DNA of 29,526 bases from Macrostomum lignano (Eukaryota), in assembly GCA_002269645.1 (NCBI GenBank), contig NIVC01004982.1, positions 1-29,526 on the forward strand, written 5' to 3'. The translations under genes were made by a program, and so were the position numbers. Shown here piece after piece: positions 12,296 to 23,317 of the stretch. Position 1 is the first letter of the stretch. Each line of letters begins with the position of its first letter. Below the pieces are notes generated by a model. The model was not told where the DNA came from, did no database searches, and was given only the letters and a program-made list of their open reading frames with translations.

Positions 12296-15200
12296 ATGCG
12301 ATCTCAGCAGCCGGGCGAGGACGAGAACAGGACCGTTGCGGCCGCCCCGGCGGCCCAGATCGCGCCGGTGGCGAAGAGGGCGCGGCCCGGCCGGCTGCAG
12401 CTCGAGTTTCCGGTGCAGCTTCCGGCGGCGGCGGACTCGGCGGGCCTCGGCTCCCCGCTGAGCCCCATCTCGGCCAACCCCAGCATCCTGGGAGCGCGGA
12501 AACGGAGGAAAGGTAAGCGAAGTCTCGGGCTTGAGATGGAGATTTTGATATGCAGTTTTTTGTTGGATCGTATTGGAATCTCAGACTGAGGTGATGCCAG
12601 TTTTAAGTTTTGAGACACCAGATCCCAGTTTTTAGATGTTAGTTTTGGGTTTGAGAAGTCATTCTCAACTTTTAGGTGTCATTTTTTCGTTTAAAATGTT
12701 CGTTTTGGCACCGAGACGTCAGCTTTGAGTCTGTTGAGTCAAAGTTGAGTCTATGGTGTCAGCTTTGAGTCTGGGGTGTTCAGGTTTAGGTTTAAGATGT
12801 CACTATTTTGATTGAGGTATCAGATTCTGGAGTGTCAAATTTGAGTTTCATGTACCAGGAGTTGAGTTAAAGATATCGGATCGAAGTCACAATGTTGATT
12901 TTGAGATCGCAGATTTGAGGTCTCAGCTTCGATTTTGAGACCGCAGTTTTTTGGAGATCGCAGATTTTATTTTGAGACTGCAGATTTGATTTGGAGATCG
13001 CAGATTTGATTTTGAACAGGCAAATTAGATTTTGAGAACGCAGATTTGGTTTATAACTCACAGCTTTGATTTTGAGCTGGCAGATTTGATTTTGAGACCG
13101 CATATTTTATTTGGAGATCGCAGATTTGAGACCGCAGATTTGATTTGGAACTGGCAGATTTGATTTAGAACTGGCAGATTTGATTTAGAACTGGCAGATT
13201 TGGTTTAGAACTCACAATTTGATTTTGAACTGGCAGATTTGGTTTTGAGCTGGCGAGTTGATTTTGAACTGGCAGATTTGATTTTGAGACCGCATATTTG
13301 ATTTGGAGATCGCAGATTTGAGACCGCAGATTTGATTTTGAACTGGCAAATTTGATTTAGAACTGGCAGATTTGGTTAAGAACTCACAGTTTTGATTTTG
13401 AACTGGCAGATTTGGTTTTGAGCTGGCAGATTTGATTTTGAGACCGCATATTTTATTTGGAGATCGCAGATTTGAGACCGCAGATTTGATTTTGAACTGG
13501 CAAATTTGATTTAGAACTGGCAGATTTGATTTTGAGACTGCAGATTTGATTTGGAGATCGCAGATTTGAGACCGCAGATTTGATTTGGAGCTCGCAGATT
13601 TGAGACCGCAGATTTGATTTGGAGATCGCAGATTTGAGACCGCAGATTTGATTTGGAGATCGCAGATTTGAGACCGCAGATTTGATTTTGAACTGGCAGA
13701 ATTGATTTCGAACTGGCTAATTTAATTATGAAAAAAATTATTTCCGAATAAAATAAATTCTGCTTGAGAAGTCAGTTTGAATTGGAGAGACATCGACTTT
13801 GTTCTAAAAATAAGTAATGAATTTCATGTATCAGTCTTTTGCATGCATGCATTGATTGCCTCAGAAAGTTTTATTTTTAAAATCCCCAACCAGAAAAAAC
13901 CAGTCACCGCTTCCGTCTACTCATTGGCTGCCACTCCCTAAAATGCTGTCATTGCTACTTAAACAAGTAGGCTAGTAGCATGATGCGCACATGACACTAA
14001 AATTGAGGCGAGTTTTTGGAGAAATAGCACAGGTTTTAAGCTAAGCAAAACGGGCAGCAAGCCTCTGCTTATCTACAAAATACGATCGATATAAAGTTAC
14101 AGTATTGCCTCTCGCTGCTGTCCTCAGGCAGAGATAAGACATGCCTTATCAGTGCCAGGCCGCTAGTTCACGAAGTCTTATTTTTACCTTTATTGGTCTG
14201 ATCTTACAAAATCACGTGAGCCCAGCGTGTCCGCCAGACTGTTAGGTGAGGTTTAGAACCAACTGGGCTTATTGCGCAGCTCTTGTGTTCGCAGCATGTT
14301 GCACTTTTGTCCCCTCCTTTAACAATTATCAAAGCTGTGAATCAGGTACCCCAGAATGGCCTGTGTGCTGCCATGCCTGGGGTCTGGCCCGAAGTGAGTC
14401 ACATCACATGACTGGCATTAGGGCTGGTTGAAGTTGTCGGAATTGGCGCGCAATTTTGAGGCTATGCAGTGTGGACCAGGCCACTCTGCCCCCTCCCCCC
14501 ATTGCCCATTGTGCTTGGCAAGCATTCCAGCTATTTACTATGCGCTAGGCGCAGTCAGCATCAACGATTCAATGGCCTGCCTGGCTGCCTTTCATTCTGG
14601 CTCCCATTATCCTGCTCCACTGCTTTAGGCTAAGGCTAAATTCTAGCATGACGTTATAAATGCCTTCATATGCTTCATATGGGCTTATTTTAGGCTACAG
14701 GGCTTAGCGTGCGCAGTGTACAGTCAGCTCCCAAGCACTCTAATAGAAAATGCCAGCTTACCCGCACAATAGTAAACCCACTGACTCAGTTGTTGCCCCA
14801 GCCGAGCCTGTCGCCCTCCTATTGGCTGGCCGCCGTCGCCCATGACGACCTGCCTCCCCCCTCTATCCCTCTATCTACCCTCTCGTGGGGCACAGGGGGC
14901 GATGCTAAAAATAGCCTCAGAGTCACAGTTGTTTTGGCTAAAATTAGCCGTGCCAGAATAAAACTGGTTCAGCTGCCCCCCGGCCCAAGTCCAAGTCGCG
15001 GCTCTGTAGAATCGCAAACGAAGCGGCTTGCAAAGCGTTGACGCAATTTCGTGTGCAAGAATAACCGATATATTTAGTTGGATCTACTTAGTCCGACGGG
15101 GTCACGAAAGCCAAACTGGACTCCTCTTTAGCTTAAGGATCTGCGGATCGCCCCATTCCCCAAGCCAAACTGCATTTACTCCTCCAAGCCACAATCATTC

Positions 15201-16923
15201 GCTCTCAAAGACAAGATTTCACCTAATTCTCACCGGGCCTAACTCAACTGAGCATGGTGCTGTGCCGCAAAAACCGTCCATGTGGTCTCAAGTTTAGCGG
15301 CGGAGGCGGCGGCGGCAGCGGCGGCTGCACCGGTGGCCAGGCCACGGCCCCGGTGGTCAGCCAGCAGCTGCCGGCTGGCTGCGGCCTGCAGGCTCACCTG
15401 GCTGCTAAGCAGGGCTCGAACCAACGCCTTTCAGGCAGCGGCTTGCACGAGTTCCATTCTTTGGCCGGCAAGCAGCAGCCGACGGCGAACGGCAACAGCG
15501 AGGACTGCGACGACGAGGCCGCTATGGAAACGGCTCAGCTGCCCAACGTGGGCCCAACCTGCGTGCTGCCCCATCTGTACATTGGCTCGCAGGCTGATGC
15601 CCTGGACGCTGAGGTCATGCAGCGCTTCGGCATCACGCACGTCATCAACGTGAGCATCTCCTGTCCGCAGTCGCAGCACGTGCCAGACAGCAACTTCCTG
15701 CGGATCCCGGTTAACGACGGCTACACAGATAAACTGCTGCCGCACTTCCAGCGGGCTTTCAACTTTCTCGGTGAGTTCAGTTCGGGAGGAGCCGCTCGCA
15801 CGCTCGGGCGGGGGGGGGGAGATTTCGGACATTTTAAGCGAGACGAAGACTTCAAATTCATTTTTCTAACAAATAAAGCGCCCTCGCTTAGCGAATTCTC
15901 ACAGCCATAGGAAACATGAAGTAGCAGTGAAAATCTGCTAATTCTTTCTACAGGCTTCCATTCAGAGATTTTTTATATCGCTGATATTGCGCGAATGACG
16001 CGCACCGCTTGGCAATCGGTGACTCATTTGGTCAGTGATGCAGAGCTAGGCTGCGTTTGACCTTTGCGCAATCAAATTCCCAATACTTTATTGCAAGCCC
16101 GGCCGGCCCACCCTGCCCCGGCCATTAGCGGCCTGCCGATGGGGCGGGCTGAATGCCGATGCAGGGCGTCGCTGAGTCACCGCGGGCCTGCAGTTCCGCC
16201 GGACCGCATGGGCCAGGGCGGGATCCTCAGATCCGTCATTGTTTTACCCACACCAGCCTCTTGCCAGGGTTACTAAGGAGATTTTCTTTCTCTCTAACTC
16301 AGAACGCGTGCGCGAGTCCTCCGGCCGCTGCCTGGTCCACTGCCTGGCAGGCATCTCCCGGTCGCCGACTCTCTCCATTGCCTACATCATGAAGCACAGG
16401 TGCATGAGCCAGGATGAGGCGTACAGGTATGCGTCATTTCTCATTTCTCACCGTCATTTTTCGAATGCGATTTAATTGACAGGCCCATTGCAATTTTGCC
16501 CGCCAACCATCCCGATGCTCTGGCAGATTCGTAAAACAACGCCGGCGCCACATCTCGCCGAACTTCAACTTCCTTGGCCAGCTGCTCGAATTCGAGCGCC
16601 AGCTCAGGCGCTCAGGCGAAGCAGCGGCCGCGGGGGAGCGGCCCGAGGCGAAGCGTCAGCGGACCAGCGACCGCAGCCCCACCAGCGCACTCTCGCAGCT
16701 CAGCTTCGGCGTCGTGCCCACCGGTGGCAGCGAAATCATGGTCAGACGGCCGAGGAGCGTCCTCATCCAGGGCGACGGCGTCGTCGGCGGCGGCATCAGC
16801 GGCCCCATCTGGGAGCAGCCTGTCCGGCGGAGCCGGTCCTCCGACGCCTTCCTGGACCTCGAAGACGAGGCTGTCCGGTCCTGCGAGGAAACGGCTGTAG
16901 GCCCGGTGGCCTGCCTGTCCTAG
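12296..16923 (+). CDS. DUSP8/16: Dual-specificity MAP kinase phosphatase, DUSP8/DUSP16 (MKP7/puckered)-like; ~357 aa in the best model
   Basis: Exons 12296-12512, 15435-15770 (phase-compatible acceptor CTTTCAG; the frame is open from ATG 15254), 16303-16426 and 16527-16923 total 1074 nt, in frame, all GT-AG. The catalytic domain is clear: GPTCVLPHLYIGSQ, IPVNDGY (general acid), VHCLAGISRSPT, FVKQRRRHISPNFNFLGQLLEFE. The catalytic exons are secure; how exon 1 joins is less certain. Confidence 0.9.
12550..13730. repeat. Degenerate 14/20-bp composite tandem repeat in DUSP intron 1
   Basis: Interleaved units GCAGATTTGATTTTGAACTG and GCAGATTTGAGACC/GAGATC, most regular at ~12900-13720 and decaying into TTTGAG-rich sequence on the 5' side. 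Confidence 0.92.
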
Positions 16924-19460
16924 CGGGCTCTTCTTCCAGAGGCAGGAAACAGAAATCTTCCTGGCGAACTCCCGAACTCTCCGCTTGCGCTGTGCCTGTG
17001 CGAACCTGAACTCCCCTGTACGGTACGAAGGCCGCCTTCCCGCCTTGCATGGCATTCGCAACGCCTGTTACTGCAGTCCCCCAGTGTGTCTGTTCCGTTG
17101 TCATGCTTTATCCCCGTCTGCCTTTGAATCCTGCGCGTTCTCTCTACGGCTGGGCCCTGCACCCGACGATCCCCCGCCCCGCTGCGAGAGTTTTGGCTCG
17201 AAGGCATTGCGGCAGTTGCGCTTTCCAAATGAAATAATTGAATGCACACTTAAGCTTCGAAACTTGTTCTGAAGATACCTGGTGAATAAAGTGCCACGCA
17301 TTCAGACCTTGCTTCACACCACAGATGTACTTTTATGCTTAACCAGAAATCCGCTGGTGCCAGTCGAGCCAGACCTCCCCAGCCCCGGTTTATCCCTCGC
17401 CTGTACAATGAATGGTGCAGGTAAACTGTTGGGTGCAGGTGGGGAACTGCTTTTATTGTCTGTACAAAGCTCATTAAGCTGCACCCGGCTGCACTACAGA
17501 AGCATTGCTTGTGCCATCAGAACTGTCGTCTGCTGCCCTGGCTGCAGTGCCAACGAACTCCTCGCTACAATATATTGATAATTCTAAGAAAGTAGTTATC
17601 ACTAAGCATATGAAACGTTTCTGCTGTTAATTGTGGATTTAGTTCACTCTTTGGTAGTTTTGACTGTTACGAGCGTATGACTGTAGATTTTCTATAAAGC
17701 GCTCTATATTGGCGTGGGTCGCAGCTCACTTAAAAATGATCGATTAACTGTCAATCTTGAGAACTTTTCGCCCCCCGGCCCCCCCCCCCCAAGGTAAAAT
17801 GCTTGAGCATGTTAGAGGTAGACCTCTGCAGAGCTGGGGCATCGTCAAACTGCATGCTGAGTCAACCCTCGAGTTTGAGGTGGGTCAAAGTTGGGTCAGG
17901 GCCGATACTTTACACCATGCCAGCAATTGTGAGTCACGGCGCCTGTAAAATTGAGTCATTTCAGCTAGCTCAAGGTGCGGAGGAACCTCTTACACTATGC
18001 TAGATGTAACATGTAACACACGAGGCCAGGCATTGTGGCAGAGAATATTTTCGAATGCTGCACTGCCGCAACAGTTGCCGATTTCTCGCAGGCGGAGAAT
18101 GAGTCACCCTGAGCAGCCCACAGTTGTCTTTTGTCTGAGAAGGCAGTCAGAGTAAAGTTTTGTGGAGAAACCACTGGTTAAACCAAACGGGACCTGTGTG
18201 AGAAACAAGAATTCTTGATAGCTTCTCAACTGTCGTTCTGAGCAGTTTGCCAAGCAATCAGCGATTGTGTCAAATTCTGCATGATCGCACAGCTGATCAT
18301 GTGATGCGCGCTTTAAACAACTCGAACAGCGCCCGAATAGCTAGCCTGTAACCCTGCCCCCAGTGAGCAGTGCTCGATCTATACTGCTGGAAATTTCTGT
18401 CATGAACTAGCCTCGGCAGGTATGAATGTAGTGCAGGCGCACCTGAGGTAATGGAAAACTGTAAAAATAGAATAGAAGTACTTGAAAAAGAGACATTGTG
18501 CAAGAGCCACAGAGACTAGGTGAAACATACCCTTCGTATTCCGTGTATGCTACTTGTAGTAGAAATGCGGCGCTGTTCTGTTTAAAAGTAGGCGACTTTA
18601 TTTAATAGACAAGCTGAACAGAAATCAAATTTGAACTGCGAGGACGAATTTCGCCGTTGCGTCAAGCAGTAGGGAAGCGGATCGCCTCTGCGGCTTGTGT
18701 GAGAGCTGCGCAATCATTGGAGACTGGCGCCCAAGCTGCATCGCCGGCACGAGCTACTCTCCATCATCAGCTCTGGTCAGCCAGCCATAGAGATTAGCAA
18801 TCAGGCTGGGCAAACAAATCGCGGTCGTGGCTCCGGACACTGCGCAAACACACCGGTCTAGGTCAGGCCGCCTCGTCTCAAGGGGCTCAAATTTGCTCCC
18901 GGAAGGAGCTCGGGGGGGGGGCGGCGAGGAGGCTGCAGCGATCCGCCCGATGTCCAGCGGTGGATTTCTGACCCTGAAATTTGCCTAAGTTAAGATCGAG
19001 ACAGCCGCCCACTCTGTTTCATGCGGGAGTTCCCAGCTCCCAGAATGCAGGCGGATATTTTTGCTGCTGAGACACCGGCAATATTTGCACCCCATCAGCC
19101 TCTCCTTAGTAGGAAGTGCAGCCGGATCAAATGAGAGGGGAGCGGCGTATCGGAGCCGAAACCTGAGCTCCGTGTCTACTCACTTCTTTTTCTGCTTCAC
19201 CTTCAAGCTGCTTTCCAGCTATCTGCTCAGCCACTTGCCCTCTCCCTCACCAGCTGCTTCTCATCCCCATCTGCGATTGGCTGCGGCAGCAAATTGACTC
19301 TGCGATGCACATGGGAGGAGGCGGACGGACTGCGATGCAGGGAAAAGCTCTCGAGCCGGGACTAAGCTGCTCGAGCTTGAGTTTCAGCTGAGGTGTAATG
19401 TAATTAGCCACATCCAGCAGCTAGAAACGGAACTCCCAGTAGCATTGAGCGAAATCTGTC

Positions 19461-22400
19461 ATGCAGCGTCAAGACATCGCAATCGTGGTCCTCTGCTCGC
19501 TCCTCGGCTTTTTTGTCTGCGCTGGGATCCTCGCCTTTTTCTGCTGGCGTCGCCGAATTACTTCGAAGTTCGGGCCGCTGCTCTGCAAGGAGTCTGGCCG
19601 AGCTGACAGCAGCGGCTGTGGCGCCAGCGGCCGCAGCGTAGGCGGGGGCTATCGGACTTTCTACTCGTGGCGGCGCCGCTCGCTCTCGGGCAGCACCGAG
19701 ACGGAGGGTCTCTCGGAAGGGGCAGCTGGCGTTCCTTCAAGCTCGGCGACGACGGAATCCCCGCTGCATCTGACGGCAGGGCGAAGCAACGAGTGCCCGG
19801 CGACGCTGTCTGGCGAAGGTGCCATGAGGTACCTGCGCCGTCAGCGCCGCTCTTCGTCCTTCAACGATCTGCACCGGCCAACGGATGGCGACGCTCGCCG
19901 CGAGGAAGCTGCTTGGGCCGAGTTCGGCCTCGACCCGGCGCTGTACTTGTCCGACGAGGCCGCGCACGAGACGTCCCTGGGCAAGCTGTGCGTCTGCCTG
20001 GACTGGCTGCCCGCCAGGGCGCTGCTGATCGTCACCGTGGTGAGCGCTCGCTGCCTCGTGCGTTGCACGCCGCGCAACACCGGATTTTTCTACGTGACCC
20101 TCCGGCTGAGCGGGCCTCACGGCGACGGTCACAAGCGCAGCACCCACGCTGTCTGCGCCGCCTGCAACCCCCGTTTCGACAGGCAGTTCAGCCTCCCCTG
20201 CCAGCCGGACCAGCTGAGCCAGGCCGGTCTGCTTCTCAAAGTCAAGGAGAAAGTTACGGTGGGCAAGCCTCGCCTAATCGGAAGCTGTATCCTGCAGCTG
20301 GGCTCCCTCGGTGACCTCACGCGAAAGGAGATTTGGCGAGACCTGCAGCCGGAGGTGAGCCCCAGTCCCCATACGTCTCTCTTATCTTCTCATCCCAGTT
20401 TTGCATCCCCAGTCGGAAAGCCCCTGCTGTAATTTTTTATCCTCTGCTAACTCACGAGTCGCGAGTTGCCGCCTCAGCTGCTTCCATCAGTCTGCACTTT
20501 ATAGCGTTTCAAAAAATCTTTTTTTACAGGTTGGCATCGGGCAGAAGGCAGGGGTAAAAAGGTGAGGAACTGCTGGATGGGGAAGCCAAACTAAAGCAGA
20601 AGCCGCGAGTAGCCTCAGGCGGAAAGTTACCCTCCTGCCGGCCCCCCCCCCCCCCCCCCCGATGGATCGTACGCGTTGCAGCAGTCAACTACTCTGTCCT
20701 GCATCCCCTTTCATTTATGAATTCGCAGAGGAGGCTCGGCAGGGGATTTCGTGACTGAATGAGCTGAATGGGAGGCGAAAAGCCGGCATTAAAAGGAAAG
20801 AGCGGGGTGGATTCCTGACGAACTGAAGAACAAATGGAGTGGGCGGATCCACGACTCCGAGGACGGGTTTTAGCGGGGGCACCGCCTCTCTGCGGCCCCC
20901 AGAGCGGTTTGGGAAAAAACGAAAATCAATGCTGCTCTCAGCCCGCCTTTGTCTCAAAGGCCGTTCGCTCATCGCACAGGTGCTTTGCCAGCGGCCGCTG
21001 ATCGCCTTTGACTGTCGCTTTACGGTCAATCACTGCTGAAAGGCTATTTTCATCGTTTGACATTTTCACGAATAGTTCATTACTTTGAAAGGGCCGTACG
21101 GGGGAACAGGGGCTGGCTTCGAAATTCAGGACGCTAAGCCTCACGTGGGATGAGGGGCTTCTGGACGTCAAAAAATCCGCAATCTATATGGAACTAACTG
21201 GCCTGCATAATTTCACTGCGGACCTTGACAGTTCAGCGGACTGATTTTCCTTGCTAATGGTGGCCATGTTTTTCGAAGATAAGAGCTGCTTGCTTGCTCA
21301 AAGAGGAAATTTTTCTGTTTTGCCTGAGGAATTTGTAATTACTGAGCTCTGCTGGCGGAGCCCATCCGATGCATCTTTTTACAGAGTCGGATTTCGAGGC
21401 GTCCCAGGCGCGGGGATTTCAGGACGCTTTTATGTCCGTGATTTGTTTCTGCCTACATCTGTAGCCCTATTGACATGCCTTCAGAGGCAACATACTCGCG
21501 CTCCGCTTCCACAGACATGCCTGCGTGCTGCATCTCAGGTTTTGGTCTCTCTCTCTCTCTCTCGTTGTCTTAGGACGCAGGGAGCAATATTTCTTTAGCC
21601 TCCCAAGCTTTTGTGTAAATTTTTCTTTTAAGACACGCGCGACTAATGCGGCTAGTGGCCTTCCGAAATCCCCCCAGCAACCGCCCAGCGGCCCTCCAGC
21701 GCGAATTCACATGTCCTTGAGCTACAGCGGATCGCGTCGCATTCTCCTGGTTGGTCTGCTCGAGTGCCGCGATCTCAAGGTCAAGGACACCGACTGTGAG
21801 TGATGATGGCAGCTGGGTTTTCCCAGTCTGGGCTGGTGTCGGTGCAGATTTATGCAGTGGGCTTGCAGATTTATGCAACAGTATCGCAGTATCGCAATAT
21901 TTGAGCTGGCAGTCACAAAGCATTTGGCTCTGGCGACTCAGCCAAGCGAAATGGCGGGAAGTGAGCTCGCCCATTGCGCTTGTCCAGCCGACTAGAAAAA
22001 GTCCTGTCACTACCCAACCCCAGCTCATAAACAATGACTCGAGCTTTGATTAAGGAAGGCGGTCCGTCAGGAGATCCCAGACTAGGGAAAGGGACGTGAG
22101 CGCATCCGCTTCGCATATCCTGGAAAACTGAAGCTTACTCACGTGGGCAAAATAGCGGGCACAGAAGATATTTTGCTGCAACAGAACGCCTCTATAAATT
22201 TGCATCCCGCAGCGGCCGTGTACCTCAGGGCCAGCATCATGGCCAAGGAGCGGACTGTCAAGACAAAGAAGACCCCGCTAATTAAAGAGGCCCTGGCCAG
22301 CCCCAGCATTCGAGAGGAGCTCGCCTTCCAACTGGCACAGGATGTCACGGATGAAGTCTACTTGTTCGTGCTGATCTGCGCCAAATCGAAGCGAGGCTCG

Positions 22401-22526
22401 CACCGCCTGCTCGGCAAGACGGTGGTCGGGCCCGTCCGCTACGCCCAGGGCAGCGGCGTCGACCAGTGGAACGACTGCTTCCGTAACCAGCCGAGCATCG
22501 TTTACCAGTGGCACGACGTCTACTGA
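19461..22526 (+). CDS. Synaptotagmin-like protein (N-terminal TM, linker, C2A, C2B), atypical/Ca2+-independent type, 456 aa
   Basis: Exons 19461-20354, 21633-21795 and 22213-22526 total 1371 nt, with phases 0 and 1 matching and GT-AG junctions. Hydrophobic segment IAIVVLCSLLGFFVCAGILAFFC is followed by WRRR. C2A: LGKLCVCLDW...LIVTVVSAR...NPRFDRQFSL...LIGSCIL...EIWRDLQ. C2B: RIHMSLSY...LLVGLLECRDL...VYLRASI...LLGKTVVG...QWNDCFRNQ...QWH. Confidence 0.9.
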
Positions 22527-23317
22527 GGGCCTGCACAAGGCGTCTATAAGAACATGTACTAGGAAATTTCTTTAGAAAGATTTACTAAAATTATTGATGT
22601 CGTGCGTTCCCCAGCTGCAGAGAACTGGAATAATCGGGTCTGCGCGTCTTGAATCGAAAAAATAAATTTGCACTGGCCGCTTCGGATCTAAGTCGGAATT
22701 TTCATGCTCCCAGGGGATCTGAGAAAATTATTAGAGAAAATAGAGGGCGGGTCTGTCTGGCGATCATCTATTTTATGTCCTGGCAGAGCCGTGCTACGGG
22801 GCGCCTTTCTGGTTAATAATTGAAGTTTCGTGACCTTAGAGACGCTGCATCTGCGCGCCTGCAGCTCTTCAAGGCGGAAATGCGCGGGCATGCGCCGGGG
22901 CGATTCAACGGCTCGGCCACGCTGACCATGGCACTTGGCCACAGTAATTAGGCCCCTCTCGAGCCTTTGTGAATATGGGGCGCCTTTCAATCACTGTGAC
23001 CGGTCAGTTCCGACCAAGCACGCGTGTGCAGACATGCTTGCAGAGTTCCATTTTTAATCTGGCATTATTCTTTGCCTGAATCTGTATAATTAATAAAAGC
23101 AGAATGGCGCTTGAGATCGAGCAGCATTGCTACTCAATATCTCGCGCGTGCATCTTTTCAAAAGTATATTCCATAGCATCCTTCACTCCGTTAGGTGTTG
23201 GTAATGCCAGACAGGGCCTGTCTGGAGCGGCAGAACTAAAGTGTGAAAAATAATAATTGAAAAGGCAAGGAAAGTAAAGTGCATAGTGCATAGTGCATGA
23301 GTAAGCAAAGCTGATTC

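Larger units (their letters stand above)
4193..18106. promoter_or_regulatory. Domain of 22 perfect AP-1/TRE motifs surrounding the DUSP gene
   Basis: TGA[G/C]TCA starts at 4193, 4424, 4930, 5032, 7094, 8003, 8214, 8675, 9329, 9528, 9574, 10974, 11935, 12735, 14395, 14782, 16020, 16173, 17858, 17930, 17952 and 18100. Only one other site (27184) was found in the window. Regulatory function is inferred. Confidence 0.6.

Noticed and set aside
16912-16923. DUSP C-terminus ...ACLS* as a prenylation signal
   Set aside because: The Cys is at -3 rather than -4, so it is not a CaaX box.
15239-20320. Overlapping antisense and alternate-frame ORFs across the DUSP and synaptotagmin exons
   Set aside because: These are the expected shadows of GC-rich coding sequence, with no independent motifs.
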